Source: Candidatus Eiseniibacteriota bacterium (GTDB lineage: Bacteria > Eisenbacteria > RBG-16-71-46). Taken from it: a stretch of 64,000 nt of DNA. Below are positions 37,026 to 45,883 of this stretch, in pieces (within the stretch, counting starts at the first letter, position 1; every line of letters starts with the position of its first letter). The translations under genes and the position numbers were made by a program. Below the pieces are notes generated by a model. The model searched no databases and was not told where the DNA came from. It was given only the letters and a program-made list of their open reading frames with translations. The stretch covers positions 388,898-452,897 of the forward strand of contig CAVQXP010000004.1 in assembly GCA_963717935.1 (NCBI GenBank). Direction: 5' to 3'.

Positions 37026-39476
37026 CTACGGCGTCTCATCTTCGTCCATCCAGTAGAGCATCGCGCCCGGCGCGGGCATGCGCGTGGCGTCGCGCCACGC
37101 CCCGCCCACGATCCGGCCGATGAGCTGCTGCAGCAGGCCGGGACATGGCCGGCGATACTCGAGCAGCCGGATCCTGGCGCCCTCCGGGACCCGCGCGCGA
37201 CGGCGCGCCTCGGCCACGGCGTCCTCGAGCCCGCCGATCTGGTCCACGAGGCGCCGCTCGAGCGCGTCCTCGCCCATCCAGACGCGCCCCTGCGCCACGG
37301 CGTGCACTTCGTCCCAGGTCATGCTGCGGCCGGCGGCGACCAGCTCGACGAAGCGGTGGTAGAAGCGCAGCGTGGCCGAGTCGGCGGCGGCCTGATCGGC
37401 ACTCGTCCAGTCGCGGTTCGTGGACCAGCCGCGCATCCACGCGCCGCGCCCGAAGTCGTCCTGCCGCACGCCGTGCTTCGCGTAGAACTGCTCGAGCGAC
37501 GGCTTGATGGTCACGATGCCGATCGAGCCGGTGCGGGTGAAGCGATCGGCGTAGATGCGGTCCGCGCCGGTCGAGATGTAGTAGCCGCCGCTGCCCGCCA
37601 CACCACCCATCGAGACGATGAGCGGCTTCTTCGTCTCCCGCTTCAGCCGCAGCGTGGCGTGGTGGATCAGGTCCGAGGCCAGCGCCGAGCCCCCCGGGCT
37701 CTCGACGCGCAGTACCACCGCCCTCACCCCGGGACGCTCGAACGCGCGCTCGAGCTGGGCGATCACGGTCTCCGAGCCCATCGAGGGGCCCAGCAGCAGA
37801 TCGCCGCCGCTCCTGCCGGTCTCGATGCCGCCGCTCGCATAGACCACGGCCACGGGCGCGGGCACGGCCCACTCGCGGCGCGCCTCGGGCCGGCGGTCGA
37901 GCACCACCCGGCGCGGCCTCTCCCCCAGCCCGCACAGGCGGCCCAGCACGGCCAGCGCATCCTCGCGGTAGCCGACCGAGTCGATGAGGCCCGCCTGCCG
38001 CAGGTCGCTCGCGCGCCAGGGCCGGCCATCGAGCAGCGTGAGGAGGCGGTCGCGGTCCATCCCGCGGTCGGCCACCAGGGCCGAGACCAGCAACTCCTGG
38101 CTCACGTCGAGCCCGCGCTCGATCGCCTCGCGGTCGGCGTCGCTGGTGGAGTCCACGCTGAAGTTGCGGTACGCCGACTTGTACCTGCCGTAGGACGTGC
38201 GGTCCACCCGGATACCCAGGCCGGCGAGCAGGCCGCGGTAGTAGCGCCTCTCGACGCGCAGGCCCAGCGGGACCGGATCGGCTTCGGGCGGCATCACGAT
38301 GCGGTCGCAGGCCCCGGCCAGGTAGAGGTCGGCGCGCCCGCCGCCGTACTCCATGAACGCGACCACCGGCTTCCCCGCCGCGCGCAGGCGCGCCAGCCGC
38401 GGCCGCAGCTCCTCGATCTGCGCCATGTTGCCGACTCCGCGCAGGTCGAGGAACACGCCGCGCGTGAGCGGGTCCTCGAGCGCCCGCCGCAACTGGTCGT
38501 GCAGCGGCCCCACCGGCGTGAAGTCGCTGCCACCCATGAGCGAGAAGCCCGAAAGCGCGTCGTCGCCCAGCACGCCGGCCGCGCGCACCACGGCCACGCG
38601 CCGTTCGTGACGGCCCGCCAGCAGGGTGCGCTCCTCGCCCGAGTGGAGCAAGACGGCGTAGCTGTCGTAGCGTCGGCGGCCGTCCACCGAGGCGCGCTGC
38701 GCCGCGCTGCCGCCGTTGACGCCGCGCAACGCCACGCCCAGGTGCAGGCCGCGGTGGTCCTCGACCGTGCCGCGCAGCAGCACGCCGGGGAGCGCCTCCA
38801 GTTCGCCGCCGAAGCGCACCCGCGCCTGATCCCGCCGGCCGGCCTCCGCCAGGACGACGTCCGACGTGAGCGTCAGCCGCGTGCCCCAGCCGTGTGCCAG
38901 CGCGGGGCTCAGCGCGAACGGGCGCAGGCCGAGCGCGAGCGTGTACTCGCGGGTCCACCGCTCGCCGCTGAGGACCGGCTGGGACAGGTGGTCGGCCACG
39001 CCCCCGAGCGCGAGCCAGGGCGCGGGGCGCGACAGCACCCCGATGCGGTGGTCGGCGACCACCTCGTGCGTGCGTGCGTCCACCCGCCAGTCGTTCGCCA
39101 GCCCCCACCGCAGCGCCGTCCCGCCCACCGCCAGCGTGAAACCGTAGCGCTGCGACAGGTCCTTCACGTGCTCGCCCTGCAGCGCGAAGCCCCCGAGACC
39201 GATCGCCCAGCGATGGATCCGGCCACCGTCCTCGAAGCTGGTCCCTGAGCCGGCCACCTCGGCCGGATGGCGCACGCCGAGACCGGCCGGGTTGTAGAAC
39301 ACGGAGAAAGCGCCCTCGGCGCAGGCCGCGCTCTCGTTGCCGTAGAGCAGGAGCGGTTGCGCAGGTGTCGGCGTCCCGGCGCCGGCGGACGCGGCCCCGC
39401 ACGCGGTCAGTGCCAGGACCGCGATCAGGCGGTGCAGCGGGGCCCGGAACCCGGGGCCGGGCCGGCGGGGCGTCAC
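37026..39476 (-). CDS. sppA: Signal peptide peptidase SppA (S49, tandem two-domain 67K type) fused to a roughly 300-aa N-terminal lipoprotein domain; 816 aa
   Basis: Two ClpP/crotonase-like S49 modules (…KPVVAFMEYGGGRADLYLAGACDRIVMPP… and …IVSMGGVAGSGGYYISTGADRIYADRFTRTGSIGI… with Ser/Lys dyad context). A GTG start at 39476 gives lipoprotein signal MTPRRPGPGFRAPLHRLIAVLALTAC and overlaps the nth stop (GTGA). The N-terminal domain is beta-rich and of unknown family. Confidence 0.75.
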   Translation of the reverse strand: MTPRRPGPGFRAPLHRLIAVLALTACGAASAGAGTPTPAQPLLLYGNESAACAEGAFSVFYNPAGLGVRHPAEVAGSGTSFEDGGRIHRWAIGLGGFALQGEHVKDLSQRYGFTLAVGGTALRWGLANDWRVDARTHEVVADHRIGVLSRPAPWLALGGVADHLSQPVLSGERWTREYTLALGLRPFALSPALAHGWGTRLTLTSDVVLAEAGRRDQARVRFGGELEALPGVLLRGTVEDHRGLHLGVALRGVNGGSAAQRASVDGRRRYDSYAVLLHSGEERTLLAGRHERRVAVVRAAGVLGDDALSGFSLMGGSDFTPVGPLHDQLRRALEDPLTRGVFLDLRGVGNMAQIEELRPRLARLRAAGKPVVAFMEYGGGRADLYLAGACDRIVMPPEADPVPLGLRVERRYYRGLLAGLGIRVDRTSYGRYKSAYRNFSVDSTSDADREAIERGLDVSQELLVSALVADRGMDRDRLLTLLDGRPWRASDLRQAGLIDSVGYREDALAVLGRLCGLGERPRRVVLDRRPEARREWAVPAPVAVVYASGGIETGRSGGDLLLGPSMGSETVIAQLERAFERPGVRAVVLRVESPGGSALASDLIHHATLRLKRETKKPLIVSMGGVAGSGGYYISTGADRIYADRFTRTGSIGIVTIKPSLEQFYAKHGVRQDDFGRGAWMRGWSTNRDWTSADQAAADSATLRFYHRFVELVAAGRSMTWDEVHAVAQGRVWMGEDALERRLVDQIGGLEDAVAEARRRARVPEGARIRLLEYRRPCPGLLQQLIGRIVGGAWRDATRMPAPGAMLYWMDEDETP

Positions 39477-40369
39477 TGTGACGACTCGACCCGGAGGCGC
39501 GGGCAATGAGGGAGCAGGGGGCAGATCGAGCAGCGCGGCTTGCGCGCCAGGCACACGCGCCGCCCGTGGAAGATGAGCCAGAGCGAGAAGGCGGACCACC
39601 TCGCGGGCGGGACCTGGGGCTGGAGCGCGAACTCGATCCTGACCGGGTCCCGCTCCTGCGTCAGCCCCAGGCGCTGCGCGAGGCGCTGCACGTGCGTGTC
39701 CACGACGATGCCCGGGACACCGAAGACGCTTCCGAGCACGACGTTCGCGGTCTTGCGCCCCACGCCGTGCAGCGCGGTCAGATCCTCCAGGGCGCATGGC
39801 ACCTCGCCATCGTGCCGCGCCACGAGCTCGGTGCAGCAGAGCTGGATGGCCCTGGCCTTGTTGCGGTAGAAGCCCGTCGAGCGGATGAGCCCCTCGAGCT
39901 CGTTGCGGTCCGCGGCGGCGAGCGCCGCGGCGTCGGGGAAACGCTCGAAGAGCGCGGGCGTGACCAGGTTCACGCGCGCGTCGGTGCATTGCGCCGAGAG
40001 GATCGTGGCGACCAGCAACTGCAGGGCGTTCGCGTGGACGAGCGGCGTGGTGGCGTCCGGGTAGAGGCGCTCGAGGATGCCGAGCAGGGCCGTGAGACGG
40101 GCCGGCTCGGCACCCGCGCTGCGCGCGGGCCGGGTCGCGCCACGGGCCCGCGCGCGGGGCTTCGCCACGGGCGGGCTCTTCACCTTCGGCCGCGCGCCCC
40201 GCGGCGCATGCGCCGGCCCAGCGCCCGCGCGGGGGGCGGAGGCAGCACCCGCGCTGGAGACGCGCTTATGGGTGCGGCTGCCGCCGGGCGTGGCGCGCGG
40301 ACGGCTCTTTCCCGGGAGGCCCGGATCGGAGGCGCGGCGGCGGCGGGAGCGCGGCGATTTGCGCGGCAT
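39473..40369 (-). CDS. nth: Endonuclease III (Nth, HhH-GPD with [4Fe-4S]) with an 85-aa basic Lys/Pro/Ala/Arg-rich N-terminal tail
   Basis: HhH-GPD core (…LTALHGVGRKTANVVL…VDTHVQR…) and C-terminal C-x6-C-x2-C-x5-C cluster (CLARKPRCSICPLLPHC). The N-terminus is MPRKSPRSRRRR…PKVKSPPVAKPRARARG. Confidence 0.85.
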   Translation of the reverse strand: MPRKSPRSRRRRASDPGLPGKSRPRATPGGSRTHKRVSSAGAASAPRAGAGPAHAPRGARPKVKSPPVAKPRARARGATRPARSAGAEPARLTALLGILERLYPDATTPLVHANALQLLVATILSAQCTDARVNLVTPALFERFPDAAALAAADRNELEGLIRSTGFYRNKARAIQLCCTELVARHDGEVPCALEDLTALHGVGRKTANVVLGSVFGVPGIVVDTHVQRLAQRLGLTQERDPVRIEFALQPQVPPARWSAFSLWLIFHGRRVCLARKPRCSICPLLPHCPRLRVESSQ

Positions 40370-40505
40370 GGTGCGGCGAGACTAGCGAGGCCCCTGCCAC
40401 GAGGCAAGGAGGAGTGCGTGTTGCGGTGGGCCGAAGAGCGCCGCCACGATGACGCCGGGCCCGGGCGCGCGCGCCGCCCGGGCCCGGCGAGCCTTCCCCG
40501 CGGCC

Positions 40506-41330
40506 TCAGAACCCCCAGGAGATCCCGAAGCGCATGCCGAGGCCGTTCATCTTGACCACGTCGCGCACCGTCACGAGGCCGAGGTCGGGGACATACAGGT
40601 CCACGTCGCTGCCGACCTCGGAGCCGTTGTAGAACACCTCGCCGTTGATGCGCGTACGGCCGTTGAGCGGGATGCCGGCACCACCCCACACCTGCCACCC
40701 GAAACCACCGAAGGCCTGGTCGAACGACTCGCTGGTCACGTAGTTGTCGGCCGTGAGGAAGAGCCACTCGTAGCCCACCCCGAAGCCACCGTACGGGATG
40801 ACGGGCAGGTTCTCGTCGCCGCTCACCTGCACGAACGCCAGGACGGGCAGCAGGTCCGCGCTGGTCTTCGACAGGATGAGCTCCTCGCTGGCGGTGCCGA
40901 CCGGCAGGTCATACGAGCCGAGGTCCATGGTCGCGCTTTCCGACCTGTGCCACCAGTCCAGGGCCACGCCGATCTGCACGTGCGGGTCCACCTGCGGGCC
41001 CATGCGGAAACCGCCCACGAGACCGGTGGAGAAGTTGTCGGTCGGGTCGAAGAAGCCGACGTGCACCTGCGTCGTGGTCGGCATCACCGAGGCGCGCGAG
41101 CGATAGGCGCGCGGGCGGTAGCCGACTCCGCCCACGAACGGGGTCGCGAGGGCGAGCGTGGGCGGTGCGGCGGCCTCCGCCGCGACGACGGTGGTCGGCG
41201 TCACGCTCACGAGCGGCATCGGGAAGGACGGGTTCTGCAGAAGGCCCCCGGAGGCGCCGGGACTCGCCGCCGCGGCGGCCGGGAGCAGTAGTGCGGCCGC
41301 GAGCGCGGCCATCCACAGGCAGGTGCGCAT
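40506..41330 (-). CDS. Outer-membrane beta-barrel protein (274 aa)
   Basis: ATG at 41330 lies 8 nt after GGAGGG. Signal peptide MRTCLWMAALAAALLLPAAAAA; C-terminus …MRFGISWGF with terminal aromatic Phe. Confidence 0.7.
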   Translation of the reverse strand: MRTCLWMAALAAALLLPAAAAASPGASGGLLQNPSFPMPLVSVTPTTVVAAEAAAPPTLALATPFVGGVGYRPRAYRSRASVMPTTTQVHVGFFDPTDNFSTGLVGGFRMGPQVDPHVQIGVALDWWHRSESATMDLGSYDLPVGTASEELILSKTSADLLPVLAFVQVSGDENLPVIPYGGFGVGYEWLFLTADNYVTSESFDQAFGGFGWQVWGGAGIPLNGRTRINGEVFYNGSEVGSDVDLYVPDLGLVTVRDVVKMNGLGMRFGISWGF

Positions 41331-41536
41331 ATCGGATACCCTCCGTGCTGGGTGGGGCTCGGGCCGGGGACGACGACACTGTTCCCTCGCACGGCCCGTG
41401 CCGGACCATCCGTTGCTTCCGGACGCCCCATGATAGCCTCTTCCGCCGCAAAGACGTGCATCGGGCATCACCCCCGTGGCAAGGCGGTCGCGAGGTGTTG
41501 CGGCCCTGCCGCACCACGTATAGGTTCGGAGGTCCC

Positions 41537-42397
41537 ATGGCCGCACTCTTCCCGTTCCTGACCGCGCTGCTGGTGGCCACCGCGGCCGGCACCGGCGCCC
41601 CGCCCACGTCGCCCGTCCGCGCGGCCGGCCCGACGCTCGCGACCGAAGACACCCTGTACACCGAGGTGCCCCCGGTGCTCGTGAGCGCGCCGCGGGTCAC
41701 GCTCGACGAGATCCTCGGCCGCGTGGCCCGCGGCGAGCGCCGGCGCGACTCCCTCATGACCGATCAGAGCTACCTCGTCACCGTGCGGGTGGTGCGCAAC
41801 GCCGACAGGAAGCGGCCCACCGAGTTGCTGGTCGAGAACGTCTCGCGCGTCTACAAGAAGAAGCCCGACCTCGTGCGCACCCAGGTGCTGCGCGACTACA
41901 AGGCGCACGCCAGGAAGAAGGGCGCGCGGGTCGAGGTCAGCCTCCGCGAGCGCGCCGGGATGGACGAGGAGATCGTGAACTTCGCCTTCCGCCCGGAGGC
42001 GCGGCGCCAGTTCCGCTACCACATCCTGGGCCGCGACCTGGTCGGCGACCACCTCATCTACCGCGTCGCCTTCGAGCCGCGCTCGCTGCTCGACTCCTCG
42101 AAGCCGCGAGGCGTGGTGTGGATCGACACCAACGACTTCGTCATCGTGCGCCAGGAGTTGATCTTCGACCGCTCGCCGCTGGCGCCTTTCATCAAGGGCG
42201 TCCACCGCTTCGTCATCGAGCGGCAGAACGTGGATGGATCCTGGGTGTTGAAGCGCCTGCTCCTGCGCGCGGAAGCCGCGATCCCGCTTCCCGAGCTGGG
42301 AAAGAACTTCGACTTCTCCATCCGCTTCGACGACTACGCCATCAACCGCGGCCTGCCCGACTCGCTCTTCGCCAGGCAGGCGGAGGTGAAGCGATGA
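41537..42397 (+). CDS. LolA-like fold periplasmic protein (outer-membrane lipoprotein-sorting / DUF4292-like)
   Basis: GGAGG lies 4 nt before the ATG, with signal peptide MAALFPFLTALLVATAAG. The beta-rich body has the LolA-like pattern (…YLVTVRVV…VWIDTNDFVIVRQEL…). The family assignment is from memory and uncertain. Confidence 0.5.
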   Translation: MAALFPFLTALLVATAAGTGAPPTSPVRAAGPTLATEDTLYTEVPPVLVSAPRVTLDEILGRVARGERRRDSLMTDQSYLVTVRVVRNADRKRPTELLVENVSRVYKKKPDLVRTQVLRDYKAHARKKGARVEVSLRERAGMDEEIVNFAFRPEARRQFRYHILGRDLVGDHLIYRVAFEPRSLLDSSKPRGVVWIDTNDFVIVRQELIFDRSPLAPFIKGVHRFVIERQNVDGSWVLKRLLLRAEAAIPLPELGKNFDFSIRFDDYAINRGLPDSLFARQAEVKR

Positions 42398-43725
42398 AGA
42401 CGCTCCGGCTCTCCCTGATCGCCCTGGCGCTCGCCGTCACCGCGCCGCCGCTCGCCCTCGCACAGGCGCCCGCCGCGCCCGACACGAGTCTCGGCGGGTT
42501 CCTCGAGCAGCTCTCCGACTCGACCGACCGCTACTTCGGAATCTCCGCCGCGCCCACGGACACGGCGGGCCTCGACACCGTGCTCGCCGACACGGCCACG
42601 CGCCCGCGACGCCGGCTCGAGTTCGGTTTCTGGCCGACCTTCGACTTCAGCCGCGTGGACGGCTCGACGCCGGGTTGCTCGGGCTCGCTCGGCATCACGG
42701 CGCCCGAGCCGGGCCGCGCCGGCTGGGGGCGGCTCCGGGGCGGGATCGCGCGCGCCAACGGCCCGCGCGTGACGCTCGGGAACGTCCGCTACGCGAACCG
42801 CCTCTGGCTCGGCCACCAGCCGTTCGACCTGGACCTGTGGGGCGGGCGGAAGACCGCTCACCTGGACCGCGATGACGAGAATCTGTTCGGCCGGGTGGGC
42901 GCCTTCCTCACCGGCAGCGACTGGACGCAGTACTACCGCGACGAGGGCTTCGCGGGTTCGGTCGCGCACCCGCATGGCTGGTGGCGGGCGAGCGCCGGCT
43001 ACCGCGACCTGCTCCAGTCGCCGCTGCACACCACGGCGACCTGGAACCTCCTGGACCAGGACCTCGAGATGCCCGGGAATCTGGCCGCGACGCGCGGCCG
43101 GGCCCACGAACTGGAGTACACGGCGGCCGCGCGCTGGCCGCGCCTGCCGCTGCACACCGAGATCGGCTACCAGACCTCGAGTCGGCGCCTGGGCAGCGAC
43201 TTCGAGTACCGGCGCGTGCGCGCGGCGGTGGGCCTCGACCTGTCGCTCGGGCATGTCGCCTCGCTCGTGCCGCAGTTCGCCTGGGGGCGCCTGACGGGCG
43301 ACGAGGTGCCGCAGGCCTCGTTCTATCTCGGCGGCCGCGAGATGCTCCGCAGCCTGCCCCGCGACCAGCTCGGCGGCACGGGCATGGCGCTCGCGAAGCT
43401 GGACCTGATCGGCGCGCAGGACCTGCTCGCGCTCCTGCACATCCCGCACCCGGCGATGCTGCCGCTGCAGGGCGCGCTCTTCGCCGCCAGCGGCGCCACG
43501 TGGGGGCGCGATCCCTACACCGGCGCGGTCGTGCGGGGTGGCGACTGGCCCGACCCGCGGGACTGGGTGAGCGAGGCGGGCGTGTCGCTGCTCTACGCCT
43601 CGGCGCTGTTCCCGCCCCTGCACTTCTCCTACGCCTGGCCCATCGGCCCGCGCGCGGGCGAGGGACGCTGGTCCGTGTCGTTCTCGCGGCCGCTCGACCT
43701 GCTGCGCACCGAGCTGGAAGAGTAG
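42394..43725 (+). CDS. Outer-membrane protein with Bac_surface_Ag (Omp85/ShlB-type) beta-barrel-like C-terminus
   Basis: The ATG overlaps the upstream stop (ATGA) with GGAGG 7 nt upstream. Signal peptide MKTLRLSLIALALAVTAPPLALA; …SFYLGGREMLRSLPRDQLGG… resembles the f-x-GG…RG motif of Omp85-family barrels. Confidence 0.5.
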   Translation: MKTLRLSLIALALAVTAPPLALAQAPAAPDTSLGGFLEQLSDSTDRYFGISAAPTDTAGLDTVLADTATRPRRRLEFGFWPTFDFSRVDGSTPGCSGSLGITAPEPGRAGWGRLRGGIARANGPRVTLGNVRYANRLWLGHQPFDLDLWGGRKTAHLDRDDENLFGRVGAFLTGSDWTQYYRDEGFAGSVAHPHGWWRASAGYRDLLQSPLHTTATWNLLDQDLEMPGNLAATRGRAHELEYTAAARWPRLPLHTEIGYQTSSRRLGSDFEYRRVRAAVGLDLSLGHVASLVPQFAWGRLTGDEVPQASFYLGGREMLRSLPRDQLGGTGMALAKLDLIGAQDLLALLHIPHPAMLPLQGALFAASGATWGRDPYTGAVVRGGDWPDPRDWVSEAGVSLLYASALFPPLHFSYAWPIGPRAGEGRWSVSFSRPLDLLRTELEE

Positions 43726-43746
43726 CGGAAGCGAAGGCGACACACC

Positions 43747-43791
43747 GGGGCCCGGATCGAAATGGGCCCCCGGCGGATCGCTCCGCCGGGG
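43747..43791. terminator. Two overlapping GC-rich hairpins (GGGGCCC…GGGCCCC; CCCCGGCGGA-tcgc-TCCGCCGGGG) between convergent genes
   Basis: Read directly from the sequence, 22 nt after the 43725 stop. Confidence 0.4.
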
Positions 43792-43865
43792 GCCCTGCCG
43801 TCACGCCGGGCCCGTCCCCTTGCCCTGGCACCTTGCGAGCCGGCGCGACGAGCCGCCTGCTTCGC

Positions 43866-44189
43866 TCAGATCGCGCGGCCGTTGTGCCGCAGCCGCTGGA
43901 TCATGGCGTCCTGCCGGTCGAGCGCGCGGTGCAGCCGGACGCGCTCGCGCGGTCCGACCCGGCCATCCGTCCGGGTGCGCAGTTCCATGCGGCGGATGTG
44001 GCGCTGGCCCTGCCGCAGGCGGTACGTCTCGCGCCGTGTGAGCTGGCCCGCGCGCACGCCCTGGCGGATACGCAATTCCTGGCGCAGGACGCGGCGCTCG
44101 GGGTCGCGGGGACAGGTCTGTGCCGCGGCGACTCCTGCGATCGAGACCGTGAGTGCGATCGCCATGATCAGCATCGTGAAGCGCTTCAT
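43866..44189 (-). CDS. Small secreted Arg-rich helical protein (107 aa), possibly a Spy/CpxP-like periplasmic protein
   Basis: AGGAGG lies 5 nt upstream of the ATG. Signal peptide MKRFTMLIMAIALTVSIAGVAAAQ precedes R/Q/E-rich predicted helices. The family assignment is speculative. Confidence 0.55.
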   Translation of the reverse strand: MKRFTMLIMAIALTVSIAGVAAAQTCPRDPERRVLRQELRIRQGVRAGQLTRRETYRLRQGQRHIRRMELRTRTDGRVGPRERVRLHRALDRQDAMIQRLRHNGRAI

Positions 44190-44446
44190 GAGGTCCTCCT
44201 GGTTCGGTGGTGTCCGTGTAGCGCGGGGAGCGCACTGTTGGTCCGGAACAGGAGCAGGTGGCGTGCCGCACCCCGGCCGTCGCAGCGAGTGACCGGGCGT
44301 TCATCGGCTTAGCGCCGGGCCGGGCCCGGCGCGCGCCGCGTCAGGCGCCCCACGATGCCCCGGGCGGGTCAGTCACGGCGGTCCGGAGTGGACGGCGCGG
44401 GACAAGCCGCGGCCCGCATGTCCGGACTTCGTCCGGTCGCGGCCGC

Positions 44447-45274
44447 CTATCCCGGGATCTCGATCGTGCCCTCGAGGTAGGGCGCCGCGTGGCCGGCGAT
44501 GATGACGCGCTCGCCCAGGTCCTCGCAGAACAACTCCCCGCCGCGCGCCGACACCTGCCGCGCGTGGAGCGTGCGCTTGCCCAGCCGGTGCGCCCAGTAG
44601 GGGATGAGCGTGCAGTGAGCCGAGCCCGTGACCGGGTCCTCGGGCACGCCGACCAGGGGCGCGAAGAAGCGCGAGACGAAGTCGCAGTCGCGCCCCGGCG
44701 CGGTGACGCACACCGCGTGCACGCCGAGCGCGGCCACGCGCGTGAAGTCGGGCCGGAGCGCGCGGACCTCGTCCTCGCTCGCGTAGACCGCCAGCAGGTC
44801 GCGGGACATCAGGGTCTCGCGCGGCGGGGCGCCGAGCGCCGCGGCGAGCCCCTTCGGGGCCTCGCACTCGACCGCCCGGCGCGAGGGGAACTCCATGGCC
44901 AGCAGGGCGCCACAGCGCTCCACGATGAGCGGACCGCTCTTCGAGTGGAACGTCACGCTGGTGCGCGTGGGGTCGAGCCAGTGGAAGATCACGAAGGCCG
45001 TGGCCAGGGTCGGGTGGCCGGCCAGGTCGATCTCGGCCGCGGGCGTGAACCAGCGGATGTCGTAGTCGCGCCCCGGGCCGCTGGCATAACCGTCTTCGGC
45101 CGGCGTCCCGACGGAGGCCGGGACGAAGAACGCCGTCTCGGACAGGTTGTTCTCCGTGGCGATGGCCTGCATCAGGCGGTCGTCGATCCAGCGCTCGAGC
45201 GGACAGACCGCCGCCGGGTTGCCGCCGAACACGTCGCCCGTGAAGGCGTCCACCTGGAAGAGCGGGAGCTTCAT
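44447..45274 (-). CDS. PhzF-family phenazine-biosynthesis-like isomerase
   Basis: MKLPLFQVDAFT…GNPAAV…LSETAF N-terminus is diagnostic of PhzF/DAP-epimerase-fold proteins. The ATG overlaps the GNAT stop (ATGA). Confidence 0.85.
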   Translation of the reverse strand: MKLPLFQVDAFTGDVFGGNPAAVCPLERWIDDRLMQAIATENNLSETAFFVPASVGTPAEDGYASGPGRDYDIRWFTPAAEIDLAGHPTLATAFVIFHWLDPTRTSVTFHSKSGPLIVERCGALLAMEFPSRRAVECEAPKGLAAALGAPPRETLMSRDLLAVYASEDEVRALRPDFTRVAALGVHAVCVTAPGRDCDFVSRFFAPLVGVPEDPVTGSAHCTLIPYWAHRLGKRTLHARQVSARGGELFCEDLGERVIIAGHAAPYLEGTIEIPG

Positions 45275-45783
45275 CGCGCCACCTCGCCCGCGGGCCGCCC
45301 GGACCCGCCCGGCCGCGACTCGAGCACCAGCTCCATGAACATCGCGCCCGGGAGCGGGTTGTGGCGGTAGGGCTCCGCCGGCACGAAGCCCAGCGCGCGG
45401 TAGAGCGCGACGGCCTCCACCATCTGCGCGACGGTGTCGAGCATCATGCGCGCGTAGCCGCGGGCCCGCGCCTCGGCGATCACCGCATCGCACAGCAGCC
45501 GGCCGATGCCGCGGCCGCGCGCCTCCCGCCGGACGTAGAGCCGCTTCAGTTCGCAGGCCCGTCCGTCCAGGGCCCGCAGGGCCACGCAACCCGCGGCCCG
45601 CCCATCCTCCGTGGCCAGCAGCAGCGTGCCGCCCGGCGGCGCGTACTCGCCGGGCAGCGAAGCCAGCTCGCGGTCGAAGTCCTGGAAGCACAGGTCGAAA
45701 TCGAGCATGGAAGCGTACTCGAGGAACAACGCGCGAGCGTCGTGCAGCTGGGCGGCGGTGCGGGCCGGGACGATGTCGATCAC
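45271..45783 (-). CDS. GNAT family N-acetyltransferase (170 aa)
   Basis: Acetyl-CoA binding motif (…LYVRREARGRGIGRLL…). GTG start at 45783. Confidence 0.8.
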   Translation of the reverse strand: MIDIVPARTAAQLHDARALFLEYASMLDFDLCFQDFDRELASLPGEYAPPGGTLLLATEDGRAAGCVALRALDGRACELKRLYVRREARGRGIGRLLCDAVIAEARARGYARMMLDTVAQMVEAVALYRALGFVPAEPYRHNPLPGAMFMELVLESRPGGSGRPAGEVAR

Positions 45784-45883
45784 GGCCGCGAGGTTAGCAG
45801 AGAGACCGTGCCGGAATCACGCCGCGCGTCGACCGGTAGCCCGCGTCCTTCCGCCCCGCGGGAGCCACCCCCGCCCGTACCGC

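Noticed and set aside
37036-39402. 788-aa Arg-rich ORF
   Set aside because: It is an alternative frame of the SppA gene; its composition (RRRR…GRG) and lack of motifs mark it as an artefact.
42908-43831. 307-aa minus ORF
   Set aside because: It is antisense to the Omp85-like gene, Ala/Arg/Pro/Gly low-complexity.
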